A stretch of 64,000 bases of DNA, from assembly GCA_964016885.1 (NCBI GenBank), contig OZ024747.1, positions 80,414,001 through 80,478,000 of the forward strand, given 5' to 3'. Below the pieces are notes generated by a model that saw only the letters and a list, made by a program, of their open reading frames with translations, was not told where the DNA came from and made no database searches. This stretch comes from Eledone cirrhosa (lineage: Eukaryota). A program made the translations under genes and the position numbers. Below are positions 1 through 14,101 of the stretch, piece by piece; positions within the stretch are counted from its first letter, which is position 1, and each line of letters starts with the position of its first letter.

Positions 1-10
1 TTCCAGCAAC

Positions 11-361
11 GTGTTCGGTGGAACTAGCCTGCAAGTTCTGGTGAAAATGCAGCCAGAACCACTTGCTAGGATCCCGCACCGCATATTGCTGGATGGGCTT
101 GCCTACTTACATATCACAGTGGAGGGTAGACGATCCGCTTGTTACCTCTGTGGTGGCAGAGGTCACCTGAGGGCTGCCTGTTCCCAAGCAAACAAAAAAA
201 CACCGATTTTGCCCACACCAACAACTACAACACAACCTCCACCACCACTACAAAAACAACTAACTCCACAAGTTAAAACACAACTGAAAACAATCCCACC
301 CATCCCCCACACAGGAAACAAATACAATAACACCCACACCACAAACACGAGCCGAAAATGA
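11..361 (+). pseudogene. ORF1 (gag-like) fragment with CX2CX4HX4C zinc knuckle
   Basis: CYLCGGRGHLRAAC followed by a Pro/Thr-rich low-complexity tail, as in Tx1-type ORF1. Confidence 0.8.
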
Positions 362-965
362 ACCCCTCCCCTTGAATACGGAAGACGACCCCCTTTCGTC
401 GTCAGACGAGAGGGGGGGGGGGGCACTTTCATAAAGTTAAAAGAAAAAAAAGAAAACACACCACAGGAACACAAATACAAACAACCCCTCCCCAAGACAT
501 AACACAGACATCAACACAAAAAAACACACAACAGCAAACAAAAAACATCACGCAAAAAGAAAAATGTGTATAAACTTACATAAATACAATAAACAAAAAA
601 CTGTTAAACGTTATTTATAATAACAACTTAATAAAAACCGAAGGTTCGAATTTCGCACAAGCAACGGGGCTTCCCCATCTAAAAATGATAAAAGCCCCAA
701 TGGACATTTACAAAACGTTAAAAGACACTTTTAAAGAGGACGTGGGGCCCCCCTGCGTCAGACCCATTAACCGTGTCCTCCTAAAAAATCCCCCCCCCCA
801 GACACCCACAGAACTCCAAACACCCCGACCCCACCACACACTGATGCCCCTACACTTCCACAAAGCACCACCCCACCCAACAACCCATCCCCCACCCCCA
901 TGGAAATTGTACGGCCCGGTCCCCGGGACGCAGAGAGGTAAGTGCCTTTTCTCTTTACCACCAAC

Positions 966-3900
966 ATGGCTGTGTTGAGAATAGGTTGTCTAAATGCGCG
1001 TGGCCTGAGCTCACCTTAGAAGCAAACAATGCTTCTAAATGACCTCAGGTCACGATGTATAAATGTGATGGTTATTTGCGAGGCCCGGATCAGCAGCGTG
1101 CGACAGCTGGCCCCCACCTTTGATGACTTTGAGATGCACGCATCTCTCTGTCAGCCCGGAGGTGGGGGTGGGGTTGTCGTTCTCCTGCAAAATCATCTGG
1201 GTCTCGTTACACAGACGGTACACTTGGACTCGGAGGGTCGACTAGTAGTTCTGGACATTGGCAGTGGTGAAAGAGGAGTTTTTAGGCTTGTCGCCGTCTA
1301 CGGCCCTTTTGGGTCAACGCGGCCGGACTTATTCCATCATCTGGAGACTTTTCTAGGGACCTCCCGCTCCTTGCTTTTAGTGGGAGACTGGAATGGTATC
1401 CTAGATGCACGTTGGGACTATGTAGGGGCATGTCCTGATACAGGGGGTTGTAACAGCCTCAAGGGGTTAATCGGCCGATTCGACCTGGCCGATAGATATC
1501 GACTAGATTTTCCGACTCTGCCAACCTGGACTTGGAGAAACCACACGGTCAATCTAGATCGTACCTAGATAGGTTCTTAGTTAGAAATAAGGATAGGGAC
1601 TTTTTAAGTTGTCCAAAAATGCTCATGGTTGGCTATTCAGACCACAAGTTAGTGACCTCCATGGTCAACCTTGATAGAACGCATAGACAGGGACCCGGTT
1701 ACTGGAAGCTCAACTTGTCCTTACCGGCAAGTAAAGCTTACAGGAACCGGATTAGTACATTAGTTAAGGAGCGGTTGACGGGCGCCATCGTCAACAGCAG
1801 GTGGTGGGGCTCTCTCAAAAGAGAGATTAGAGTAGCTTCAATAGGAGTTAGTAAGGAGTTAGCGTCAGATAGAAATAGGAAGGAAAGGGAGTTGGTAGAT
1901 AGTGTAGAAGAGGCAATTAGAAGCGGCGACGTAGCCAGAGTTCTAGCGTCGAGAACGGCCTTGGGCCAGTTCTTCAACGCGAAACACGAAGGCTGCGTTG
2001 TCCGAAGCAAAATACGTGCTCTGGGAAATGAGGGGACCAAAGCTGTTAGCTGGGCCCGCGTGACAGAAGCCAAGAGTGGGACTAGATCCACTATCCGGTC
2101 TTTGCGAGACCAGGATGGACGGGTGATCCTTGAACCTAAGCAGATGTGCGAGGCCTTTCAAAGGCACTTTGCCCGATTGTTCTGAAGGGACGAGGGGCCG
2201 GATGGGGATGTGGACCTCGGTCCATACCTCGACGGTCTGCCGTGTCTTTCGGACGAGGAGGCGAAGTCCTGCGAGAGGCCGATCTCAGCTGCTGAAATAG
2301 GGGACGTGCTGAGCCAATGCGGCAGACGCAAATCTCCGGGCCTCGATGGTCTTCCATACGAACTGTATTTAAGTATGCCGGACTTGTTCTTCGATCTCCT
2401 CGAAGCGGTCTACTGACACTGACAACAGAACGGCAGAATTCCCTGTTCTGTGACCAAGGGCGTAGTCTCTCTAGTGAGGAGGGGCGAGAACAAGGGGGAT
2501 GAAAAAAGTAATTTTAGGCCAATAACATTGCTAAATGCAGAGTTAAAGATTTTGGCCAAGGAGTTAGCAAAGAGGTTGGCGCTTGTCGAGGGCAACCTGG
2601 TGGGAGTGCGCAGATATGCGCCATCCCGTCCAGGTCCATTCACGACAACCTCCATCTCATGCGATACATCATAGAGAGGGTTGGGAACGAACCCGGCTTT
2701 GGTGGGGCCCTGATCAACTTGGATCAATCTAAGGGGTTCGATAAGGTCGACCAACGTTACCTGGATGCAGTGCTAGTGGCGGCAGGTTTCGGACCCGTTT
2801 TCAGGGGCTGGATCACCGGGACAAGTCAGTCGGTTTGCAACTCGGCGAGTGGAGGGGCAAACCGATGGCCTCCAACGGCGTCATCGGACGTTGGACGTAG
2901 GGCCCGGTGAAGTTGCTCGGGGTCTGGTTCGGGCCAGACCTCCAGGTGGAGAAGAACTGGGGTGAGGTATCGAACAGGGTGTTTGCGCTGACGCGGAAGT
3001 GGGCTGAGTACAAACTATCCCTGAAAGGCCGGGCGGATGTGGCGAACGCTTATATAGCGTCCGTCATCTATTACCGCCTGACCGTCGTGCCTTTCCCAAA
3101 GGAAACGCTCACCAAAATGGAGCGCGCACTCTTCCAATTCCTTTGGAAGAAGCGGGCTCCTTTGGTGAGGAGATCCATCTGCTGTCAACACCCTTCGAAA
3201 GGAGAGCTGCGGATGCCGTGGCTGTTGATACGTAAACACGCATTAAGGCTACGGTACCTCCAGGTATTCCTCACCGGTCAACCGGTGTGGGCCCCGTTTG
3301 TGAGGCGAGCCTTCCCGAGACTCATCTCGCTCACCGAGCTGCAGTCCTGGGTCAAGCAAAGACCGAGAAAACTGGGCGCCTGGCACACCGAGTGTGCCCA
3401 GGCGCTCACGGCTCTCTGGCAGGCGGACCCGGCTATCGGTGGAGACTCCACCTCGTCATTCTATAGAGGGCTGGTGGTTAGTAGGTGCGACCGCGCCCTC
3501 GGACAAGCCCTAGGCATGGAGGAAGACGAACTGGCCAGCCTATTCGGGAGGACATTTGGCCCAGGACCTATGGATAACTTCCAGAAGTCCCTGGCCTGGC
3601 AGTGCTACCGAGAGGCGCTGCCCGTTCGAGAAAAGCTCTACAGACACGGGCGCCCGGGTAGGGACCCCTCGAAAAAATCTGTCCTAGATGCGTGCGCGAC
3701 GAGGACACCGTTGCGCACGCATTGGTACACTGCTCGGGCGTTGCCGATCTGTGGGGCTATGTCGAACGACTGCTGTCACGGGTGGGACCAATCCGGTTGA
3801 CCACTGAGTCCATTGTAACGATCAAGCCGCCCCCCCCTTTCAAAAATGAAGGAGAGGCGGTCTTCTTCTGTGTAATAGCCATGGTGAAAGAGGTGGTATG

Positions 3901-4180
3901 GTGGACACGTTTGAAAGGGCTGAGGTCGGACACCTTTCTCTCCGGCCAACAACTGGTCCTTTTCTTTAAATACCATTTTAAGAGAAGGCTCAGAATGGAG
4001 AGAGAGGTCCTCTACCCCAGCAAGTTTTATGAAAGGTGGGTGAAAGTAGCCAGAATGGGCCGTGTGAAAGGGCCTTCTCTCTTTATCAGCCTAGCGGTGG
4101 AAAGGTGCAAGTGCAAAGGAGCACCCTCTCTCTGTTCTCCTAGGGAAAAGTGTTGCACACTTTTTCGGGGGTGTGTGTAA
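966..4180 (+). pseudogene. ORF2 (APE endonuclease, reverse transcriptase, Cys-rich domain) disrupted by stops, frameshifts and an internal deletion
   Basis: ATG 966 MAVLRIGCLNARGL (TAG 1017-1019); GDWN, SYLDRFLV, SDH (APE); KSPGLDGLPYELY, NFRPITLLNAELKILAK, DQSKGFDKVD (RT); KLLGVWF; ICPRCVRDEDTVAHALVHC near 3676-3733. Confidence 0.92.
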
Positions 4181-4320
4181 CCCCCAAAACGCCTCCTCCC
4201 TATTGAGGACTGTATTGTTAATTTTATATTTGTTATTTGTTTTTTACTCGTTCCTTTATGTAAACTCCCCCCTTGTATTTGTCCCCTTGTTTTGTGCCCC
4301 TGTGGCTAATAAATAGAAAC

Positions 4321-4321
<1 letters not shown>

Positions 4322-4366
<45 letters not shown>

Positions 4367-4512
4367 GTCTGTATGTCAGTCTGTCTCTGTGTCTGTCTAT
4401 CTACCTACCTATGTACGTACCTATCTATCTGTCTGTATGTCAGTCTGTCTCTGTGTCTGTCTATCGACCTACCTATGTACGTACCTATCCATCTGTCGAT
4501 CTATCCATCTAT
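4322..4512. repeat. (TATC)n microsatellite plus an about 64-bp local duplication
   Basis: Direct reading; ctgtctgtatgtcagtctgtctctgtgtctgtctatc occurs twice. Confidence 0.9.
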
Positions 4513-4873
4513 CCATTGAATTTCATAGTGTTCAGATCAAGATCAAGGTCTTATTGTTATTCTAATGCGCTTGTTGCTACTCCGCCATTGTTATTGTCGT
4601 TTAGAACACGCACTGTTTGATATTGTTGCTATCCTTTTCAATCCATTAGAAAAAGGGAATCTCGATACAGTTGGTATCAGCGATGTACAATGAAAATAGA
4701 GTAGTTGACAAAATGCTTTGTTATATTTAATTGTCTATTTACTAAAATTAAATTTTGTTTTATCTTTCAAGGGCCGGTAAAATAATTACTAGTTATGTTG
4801 TGATCAATATTATCAACTAAAACCTACACGTAAATTTGTAAAATTTTGCCGTAAGAAATCATTATTGAATGCA

Positions 4874-5112
4874 GGGCGGTGGATTGGCAGTATAAATTCA
4901 CTATAATTACACTCAGTATAAATTCAATATAGATTCACAGTATAAAGAGATGATCCTTTACGTTCTCAGTTAAAACCCCCGCGAGGTTAGCTTTGCCTTT
5001 CATCCTTACAGTGTCGATAAAATAAAGCACCTATAATGGACTGGGGTCGATTTAATCAACTTTTCCCTTCCCCCAAATTGCTGGCTTTGTGCTTAAATTA
5101 GAAATCATTATT
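4874..5112 (+). mobile_element. tRNA-derived SINE, family A (long variant), head with an internal cagtataaattca expansion
   Basis: ggcggtggattggcag head, ctttgcctttcatcctt...gtcgataaaataaag central domain, ggctttgtgcttaaattagaaatcattatt tail; matches the copy at 59041. Confidence 0.85.
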
Positions 5113-5236
5113 AAATGCAGTGACTTCACACAAACGGGAGAGTATCGGGAAAACTACATTGTGATATTTGTTCTGCCTCTGTATATTAAAGTTCAAGTAT
5201 ATATATATATATATAAAATTAGAAAGTTAACAACAC

Positions 5237-5416
5237 AAAATATAACTATTCCATTACCAAAGGTTTCTGGATCCCAGACAATAATAATATACGTCTGGAT
5301 CTGTTGTCAGATTTCATATTTTTTATCCATAACATCTCTGTCTGACGACAGATCCAGGCGTATATTTTTATTGTTTGGGATCCAGAAACCTTTGGTAATG
5401 GAGTAGTTATATTTTT
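5237..5416. repeat. Inverted repeat (about 75-bp arms, about 30-bp spacer) containing a hammerhead motif
   Basis: 5237-5311 is the reverse complement of 5341-5415 with 5 mismatches. Confidence 0.92.
5336..5403 (+). ncRNA. Type I hammerhead ribozyme candidate
   Basis: Stem I CUCUGU/AUGGAG; core CUGACGA 5342-5348; stem II GAUCC...GGAUC with a mismatched base; GAAA 5385-5388; stem III ACC-UUU-GGU; GUA cleavage triplet ending at 5397. Confidence 0.65.
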
Positions 5417-5821
5417 GTGGAAGGCTCATTTTTCATTCCTTCAAGATCTATATAATAAGTAACAATAATCCCTTCAAGATCTATAGTATATGTAACCAAG
5501 GGTTACCGAGGTTAATTAAATCAACAGCTGCTTTCTCCTAAATTCATGTCGTTATGTAAATGTGATGAATTAGAACTGATAGAATTTATTTAATGTTCTC
5601 AACACCTTTCCTTTGCTCTTCTTAACTGAACCCCTACACAAATACCCACTCCCTTATTTCTCCTCCTACTTCTTTTCAACTCTCTCTCTCTCTTTCCGCT
5701 CCTTTCTTTTCTTCTATTCTTCCTTCCTTCACATCTCCCCTTATCATTCATTCATTATCCGATCACTATCACTACGGCCCACTTCTGCTCACTTTCCTTT
5801 CCTTTTTTCTGATTACATCTC

Positions 5822-6313
5822 AACTACTACTACTACTACTACTACTACTATTACTACTACTGCTGCCATCACCACCACCACCACCACCGCTACTACTACT
5901 ATTACTACTACTACTGCAATAGTAGCAATGTTAATGGTGTTAATGGTGGTGGTGGCGATATTGAAAGTGAAAGTACATATTCTATTAGCGCCGTAGCTAG
6001 CTGGCGGCGACAATTTCCACAGAAGTCAGGTATCTAATCAAGCACACTCTACTGATCAGATGAGATTAGACGAGAGCCAATGTTACTTACCTTCAGGGGG
6101 TGATGGAGGAGGAGAGAGCTAACGATGCTAATGTATGGAAGACCAGTGTATTTCCGTTTGTTATCTTTATTAAACAGATCCGTTATAAGTTAGTTATTCA
6201 TTCATTCGGTCTGTCGTTCTGTCTTTCTTTATTTATTCCTTTCTTTCTTGCTTTCTTTCTTTCTTACTTTCTTTCTTACTTTCTTTCTTTCTTGCTTTCT
6301 TTCTTGCTTTCCT

Positions 6314-6409
<96 letters not shown>

Positions 6410-6949
6410 TCGTTCGTTCTTCTTCTTCTTCTTCTTCTTCTTCTTCTTCTTCTTCTTCTTCTTCTTCTTCTTCTTCTTCTTTTTTGTCCCCCCCCCTCCC
6501 CCCTCCTTCTACCCTCTCGTCATTCTCCTTACCACCTCCTCCTTCTTGCAGCCTTGGTTCAATTTTCTTTCAACAAATACAATTCAACTGATGCCATGGC
6601 ATGGCACGTTTTTCTGGAACTGACTGGATTCACTTGAATTCAGTGCGAACGACTGTGGCATTAATTAGTTAACGACGGGGACACTGGACTCCAAGAAGGA
6701 CGCTCAGATTACAGGAGGTTATCTCTTATTATCTCTATTTTTCTCTCTATCCGTCTCTCTCTCTATATATACATACATACATACCCTCATATGTATTTAC
6801 AAATATTCATATATGTATACAGATGCATATTGTCACACACACACACACATATATATATTGGCACAAACACATGCGCATATATATATATTTATATATATAT
6901 GTATATATATATATGCGTGTATATATGTATATATATGTATATATATGTG

Positions 6950-6993
<44 letters not shown>

Positions 6994-7044
6994 GTTAGAA
7001 ACACACACGCACACACAACATACAGACACTCACATACACACACG

Positions 7045-7075
<31 letters not shown>

Positions 7076-7253
7076 TTGGACAGTAAATACGACTTGAACC
7101 TTAAACCTTTCGCGTTCTATGCGACCATGTTATCAATAATAGAATTAAGTGTCTCCTGGTTGAGTGTGTGTTTATGTATATATATATATATATGTGTGTG
7201 TATGTGTATTTATGTGTGTGTATACGTGTGTATGTATGTGTGTGTGATTGCGT

Positions 7254-7308
<55 letters not shown>

Positions 7309-7315
7309 TGTGTGT

Positions 7316-7350
<35 letters not shown>
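5822..7350. repeat. Microsatellite cluster: (ACT/ACC)n, (TTTC)n, (TCT)n, (TA)n, (CA)n, (TG)n
   Basis: Direct reading. Confidence 0.95.
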
Positions 7351-7352
<2 letters not shown>

Positions 7353-7499
7353 CGACGTATAGAAGGGGATCAGTTCTTCAAAGAATATCAGTTTGGAAGT
7401 TTGGCTAAATAGAAAAAAAGATTTTAAAAAAAAGAAACATTTCATTTGACGTTTCATATTATTGTACAACAACTTTCTGAAATATCCTTGCTTCAATGT

Positions 7500-8060
7500 T
7501 CAGCCTTTATTCTCAAGACTTAATTTATATTCCTATACTATCCAACGTTTACTTAATCCCACCAGGCGCAGTTGGATATCTAATTCTGCAGAAATACCAG
7601 ATGTCATCGTTCAAAGTATCTTCATCATAACGAATATTATTATTATATTTGACCTTTATTTGTCATTTGAAGACTGGTATTATCTTTCGAATTAAGTAAT
7701 TTCCACAACCTTCGAAGATGATAAATCTACAATAATCCGGAATACTCTGCCATTATTTTCGTATGTACTGTTATAGAAATGTCTGAATGGTGCTCTATAT
7801 TAGAAATACATGTTCTGCCGATTACTGAAACTCGTTCTGCCTAGTTTAATGTATTCTATAGTATGTATTCTGACATTGACAACTGTCGCATGGATATGTG
7901 AGTTCATTAGTTACATTCGTTAACATCGTAGGAGGTATCTTCTCAGAACAGATAATATTGCCATTGAACGCAGCTTGTATTCAAACTTATGGACTGGACT
8001 TGATCTTTGCTTTTTGAACTCTGCTGCTGGTGATCGAACTTTGTGGACAGAGATATCACA
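7500..8060 (-). mobile_element. Highly decayed RTE-clade RT fragment
   Basis: Minus-strand peptides AEFKKQRSS (like QAGFRKxRST) near 8000-8030 and NNIRYDEDT (like NNLRYADDT) near 7615-7645, in the correct order. Confidence 0.4.
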
Positions 8061-9911
8061 TGTTAATGCGCAATCTGCAACTGGCGGAGTTTGGCATTAC
8101 AAGAAGAACTGCTGTATGCATTACGTTTTAACTGATATTTATTGTCTTGTATGTATTTAACTATAGAATTGAGACATTTTCGACTTGAAATGATATATCG
8201 TAGTTTAGAGGAATTATACTATTTGACTAAATCTGTCGTATGGTTAAAGTTAGTGAGATGTACATTTTGAGTATTCCCTTGCACATTTCTTCTCCACACA
8301 TGATGTTTATTCAATTTGTTTTATTGTAAATTATGAATATATTTAAAGTCGATTCTGAAAGAACTAATATTAGTCTACGTCAGTAATAATTAACCAGAGA
8401 AGTTCAAATGATTTGAACAGGTTTTATATCATAGTAAAACGTATCATCTGACTTTTCATTGTCTGAGAGAAAATAATGTTCCACAATTGTGTTGTTCTCA
8501 CAGACAAAGAGTCCATCTAGAAGCATCGCATTCTATGTTTACGAACTGCATTACCTACTTTATATATGTTGTCTTTGTTTAAGTTGAACCTCATAACGTC
8601 TGATTTCTTATAATTTTGTATCTTTAATTAAGAAAATTAACAACAAAGCAACTCTACCATCTCTATACCTACTGTAGCCAATGTCACTATCACGACAACC
8701 AGCCTTCATCACATCTTAGGAATGTTACGTCACCAAAAACCCACCACCACCACCATCGTCCTCGTCTTAATTGCGGTTTTTGTTTCTATCATTTGAAATT
8801 AAATTACTCTTAGAAGTTTGACAAAATAATCAACTTATCAATGTTATATAGTATTTGTAAGCCTAGTGTCCTGTTTTGATACGTTAAGTAATTAGTTTCT
8901 TCGGAAGCTCTTGAAATGTTGAAGCTCTTGTGAAGAAAATATTTTAGGATTCTTTGAAAGCTATTTCGAATCTTAGTGTTTCTAAGTGTCGGCTTTAAAA
9001 GGATGTGGTCTTGAAGGCAACAGCTAATCAAATGCTAGATCAAACGGTAATTGGATTAAGGAGATAAATCCACATTTTACTCTTTTAATGTAACTGCATT
9101 TATCACATTTTGGAAAATTATAAATTTGTACCAAGTTGATAATTTCGATAATGCCTCCACAGACAAACCTCTGATATATAATTATTGATATATAATTGCT
9201 CACATAGTAACTGGAATCATTGGAACGGATAAATAGAACGCTGAAATTATGTCCCAAGAAGAATATATTATAGAGATTTAACATAGATTTCTTCTGGTAA
9301 TTTGTGAGCAATATAGTTTCAGAGAAGTCAAATTAGGCCTAGCAAAGTTACACTGAAATTCAAGGAAAAGGCATTAATTTAGTCAACACGCTTTGAAATG
9401 TAGCAATATTTTATAAACGTCTACCTAAAATGTCAACTGATAAGTATTAACACGTTAGATAACTGTTAATGTAGTCTGCACTATCAGCCATACAGTATTA
9501 ATACCGACTAGGCTGCGATAGACTAGAAACCCGTCGCACAAGTATTTAAAATTTCCCGTTCTAATGTCTAGGACTGTCAACCATACACATTGAATTAAAA
9601 TACAAAAGCACGAACTTAAATGAAACAACAAAAAAAAAAACAGAAAAAAAATGAAGCATAAACAAAGAAAAAAAAAACTGTTTTCAGTAGACAGAGATCA
9701 GACTAAGAGTATTCAGCAAAAGACTTCAGAAGTCTCTCCAATTAAGTTATAGTGGACAAACGTAATTTAATTTCTGTAAAATTTACAATGATTCTGACAA
9801 AAGGGAAGAATACATTGAAACTTCTGACAATGAAGTTATGTTTGTGTGGTATAAATCCGACTAAAGTTATCTCCCGAAGGTAATGGCATACATACTCACC
9901 GACGCCTGTCC

Positions 9912-9986
<75 letters not shown>

Positions 9987-10861
9987 CACACATATATATA
10001 AATTTACACACACACACACACATATGTATATATGAATGTATTTATATATTATTACATATGCATGTATGAGATGGTATGTATGAATATGACCATTTCGACG
10101 GTGGAAATAACATAGATTTCAGATAATCATCATACATACAATCTTGTACTGAGTTAGTTTAGGTGGAGGCGTGCTACCGCCATGTTGGTAGTCTCAAAAT
10201 ACGACTCTTTTTGACAGAGAAAATAAACATGCCAATAGTGTCCATGTGTTGAAATGAAATGACGAATGGAAAATCGTTTATAACATTACCGAATATCGTC
10301 GTGTTTTTCTATTTTAGGGAGTATGATTGTTTTAGTGTAAAATCAGTGATAATGAAATATATTATGGTCAAAAGCCTTTCAGTAGTGTGCCTCTGTTCCC
10401 TTTTAATTGCAAAGTGTAGAGCAAGAGTTACAGTATCTAATGTCTTTGATTTTATTTTTTATACAGTAGGATTTTATGCTACTTCTAACAGTCCGAACGA
10501 CGTCTTGAAGACTATTTGACTGTCTCATTTAGTCCATGCTGTCCATGGGGTGGGGTGGGGGTGAAGGAGATGTTTTAGTTGCTGTTTGTGTCCGTCCTTG
10601 GTATTTTCATGGTTTGGTATTATTGGATAGAAATAGACTGTCAGCTGCCCATTAGATAGCATTCAGTATTTCCAAAAGGTATTCAAACCCAAGGAAGTGA
10701 CTTGTAAGGTGTTGTCATCAATGTAAAGTATGTGTATGTGCGTGTGTTTCCAGGAGAGCGAGGTGTTGTTTAGGCCCAGGTGAGCTCCGAATAAACAATT
10801 ATAAGATCAAACATTCTATCTATCATACTTTCCTTCTTATTGAGGTACTGTATCTAAGAAT

Positions 10862-10912
10862 GAAGGCACATGGTTTAGTGGTTAGAGTGACGGGATTACA
10901 ATCGCATTACCG
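10862..10912 (+). mobile_element. SINE family B head fragment
   Basis: gaaggcacatggtttagtggttagag matches the heads at 35399 and 47408. Confidence 0.55.
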
Positions 10913-10978
10913 CTCTAGTTGCTGCAGTTCTTGCATATAATTTAGCCTCTGCCTTCCATAACTCTTGAGAACGATACA

Positions 10979-11927
10979 TCTATATATATAAAACTGTGGT
11001 TGTCTGTCTGTCTATCGATTTTTGGCACACATCTCCTCTTAGAATCTCTCACGGAATTGCACCGAAATTGCTATACTTGTACATTGAGCCCTAGCGAAGA
11101 CATCGGAAAAAAAATATTTCAAATTGACCCACCCTATGTGACGAAATCGAATATAATGTATCGATTTTTGAGCGTAAGTTATCAGTTATTTCCCTTTGTT
11201 CTGTTTACATTGAGCGTCTTACGTAAAAAATTACGCTGGCTTTCTCAGCGTTTAAAATGACATTAACACAATACAACGAACAGTTGTCGAGCCAGCAAAA
11301 TATTGACCTGCAAAATTCATCAGTTCGAACACTAAGCTTCCGTTTTGCTTCATTTCCATTTAAAAGCATTTTAAAACAATATTTTTACTTGAAAACAAGT
11401 CTATTTAAAGACTACGTAAAACAAGCAAATATTTCGTCGTTAGGCGTGCAGACAGACAGTCGTGCAGACAGACAGTCGTGCAGAGAGGTGATATACGCGT
11501 GCAGACAGACAGTCGTGCAGAGAGGTGATATAGGCGTGCAGACAGACAGTCGTGCAGAGAGGTGATATAGGCGTGCAGACAGATAGTCGTGCAGAGAGGT
11601 GATATAGGCGTGCAGACAGACATAACTGATAATTTGGTTACGCTAATGTTTTTCTCTGCGTTGCAGTGTTTACATTTTCGATCTTTGTTAATAAATAACC
11701 AGTGCAGTTTCTATCCCCAGGATCCTCTTTTGTTATAACATTCGGGTTATCGTTATGTTTTCTTAACTTCATAAGGCATATTGTTGGTTGAGGGAATATT
11801 AATCAAAAACACCACATGCAAGTCTGCACAGTAGACACTACAGTTTTTAAGCCAAGAAAGAAACTTAACATTGTAACTTTAACACAGCTACTGAGCGACC
11901 CCGAGCAACGCCGGGCTTTACTGCTAG
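10979..11927 (+). mobile_element. Non-autonomous Helitron
   Basis: 5' TC(TATATATATAAAA) after an A; 3' hairpin CCCG-AGCAACGC-CGGG (11900-11915) then CTAG followed by T; A|T target with no TSD. Confidence 0.85.
11441..11621 (+). repeat. 37-bp minisatellite inside the Helitron
   Basis: Unit taggcgtgcagacagacagtcgtgcagagaggtgata, about 4.5 copies. Confidence 0.92.
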
Positions 11928-12663
11928 TATATGATAAAGCACAACCACCACTCAACAAGATATCACAACTCACACTGCATATATTTCACACACACATTCG
12001 ACGACACACTAAAATAACCCAAGAAAGAGAACACTAAACTCCACAACTATACGAAATTAATGTAGTACACAAAACGTTTCTACATTCTCATGGGTGCATT
12101 GCAGCAGACACCTGAGGAATATGAAGGTGCACCTGGTGATTCAGTGAAAAATCTTATATAACTCTTCAAAATACGATGATGATAGTAATATAGTATTAAC
12201 AAATTAATATAATAAAGATAGTTGTAGAAATAACAATATATAGCTAGCTACAAAAACTAAATAAATAAGTATTGTTCTTGCAGATGATCACCTTTAAGAA
12301 AAAAATAGTTCTGGATAATTAATTAAATTTTGAATTATGCGTTAAAATTATAGAAAGTTGCCAAAAATAAAGATTGCGAATAACATCAATGCTAGCTTTT
12401 ACAATAAACAACCGCCAACTTTGTACTTTACATTTTAGCGTAACAGGCGTCTGATTTGGAAAAGACGTATAATATATATGTGTGTGTATATATATATATA
12501 TACATATATATGTATGTGCGTGTGTATGTATATATACACACGTACACACGCAAACATATATATATATATGTATATATAATATATGTTTGTGTGTGTACGT
12601 GTGTATGTATGTATGTATGTATGTATCTGTGTGTGTGTATGTATGTGTGTGTGTGTGCATGTA

Positions 12664-12704
<41 letters not shown>

Positions 12705-13119
12705 ATGTGTATGTGTGGGTGTGTACACAAGACAACACTAAATGTTCTAAAGTTTACTAATGAAATATGGTTTATCTAATGAAAATATAAAAATATTGTT
12801 ATTGCAATAACCATTCTTGTTGTTATTGTTTATTGTTGTTTCTTGTTGATGTTGTTTTTGTTGTTGATGTTTCTTCTTCTTCTTCTTCTTCTTCTTCTTC
12901 TTCTTCTTCTTCTTCTTCTTCTTCTTCTTCTTCTTCTTCTATTACACATTTTGAGATACAGTTCGGGTCAAACCTCTAGATGGATATGAATTAGTTGAGG
13001 TTTCTAACAGTGTAGGTAGCCACAGAAGATATGAGCTGAGATTAAGCTATACTTAAATTCCTGGGGAGAGTTTCTTTTACTGTTATGCCCTACCCTAGAT
13101 TTCCACTGATAAGACTTGT

Positions 13120-13345
13120 GTGGAGGGTTGACAGTATCGTTAGACCATCGGACAACATGCTTTATTAAATACACAGTTACGTCCCTTTATGTCTTGAACT
13201 TTAAACCTTGCCGAGGTAGGTTGGCGTTTCATCCTAACAAGCTCAATAAAATAATGCACCAGTAATGCACCGGAGTCGATTCAATCGTCTTTCCCTCCCA
13301 CAAAATTGTTGGCTTTCTGCTTAAATCAGCAACCTTTATTATTAT
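13120..13345 (+). mobile_element. SINE family A, diverged
   Basis: Head, tttcatcct domain, gtcgattcaatcg and tail all recognisable. Confidence 0.7.
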
Positions 13346-13879
13346 GGTGTTTTATTTGCATATGCATTGCTTCAAAGACTTAATTTTTTTAAATGATTAA
13401 TTATATTTTGACAAATTGCAGTTTCTGGTAAACTCTAGTTTATAATAAATTGTTCACTCAGTTCAGTAAATAGTTATCGCTTCGTAAGTTAAGTAATCTT
13501 TATAAATATACATACATTGTAATGACTTACTATGTTTTCTTTATATCTTAGCTTTTTATTCAGGCAGAACTAATTAATAATGAATTGGCAATAAATGAAT
13601 GTATGTACGTACTGGATAATGAAAGGATAATGAAGAAATATTAAGTTAACGAGAGATTTAATAATAAATTATGAAACATGACAGAGATAAGCAGATTAGT
13701 TGTAATTATTGAGATTATTTACGTTAAAATATACTCTTAAATGTTACAATAACGAAAATATATCAAACATTTCTAAAATACTGAAGATCGAATTATAAAT
13801 GAAAGTACAAAAAATGTTTATAGATAACGAAGTTATGTATGGTAACCGAACGACGTTCATGTGTATGTGTATATATATA

Positions 13880-14101
<222 letters not shown>

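Larger units (their letters stand above)
1..4320 (+). mobile_element. Tx1/L1-clade non-LTR retrotransposon, decayed, 5' end outside window
   Basis: ORF1 zinc knuckle, APE endonuclease, RT and C-terminal CCHC motifs in the expected order; 3' UTR with AATAAA at 4308-4313 running into (TATC)n. Confidence 0.93.

Noticed and set aside
5237-5416. G-U-biased mismatches suggesting A-to-I editing or a miRNA hairpin
   Set aside because: Only four transitions, and at least one is better explained by CpG deamination in the ribozyme core.
11441-11621. 37-bp repeats of CRISPR-like length
   Set aside because: Head-to-tail with no unique spacers, no cas genes, inside a Helitron in animal DNA.
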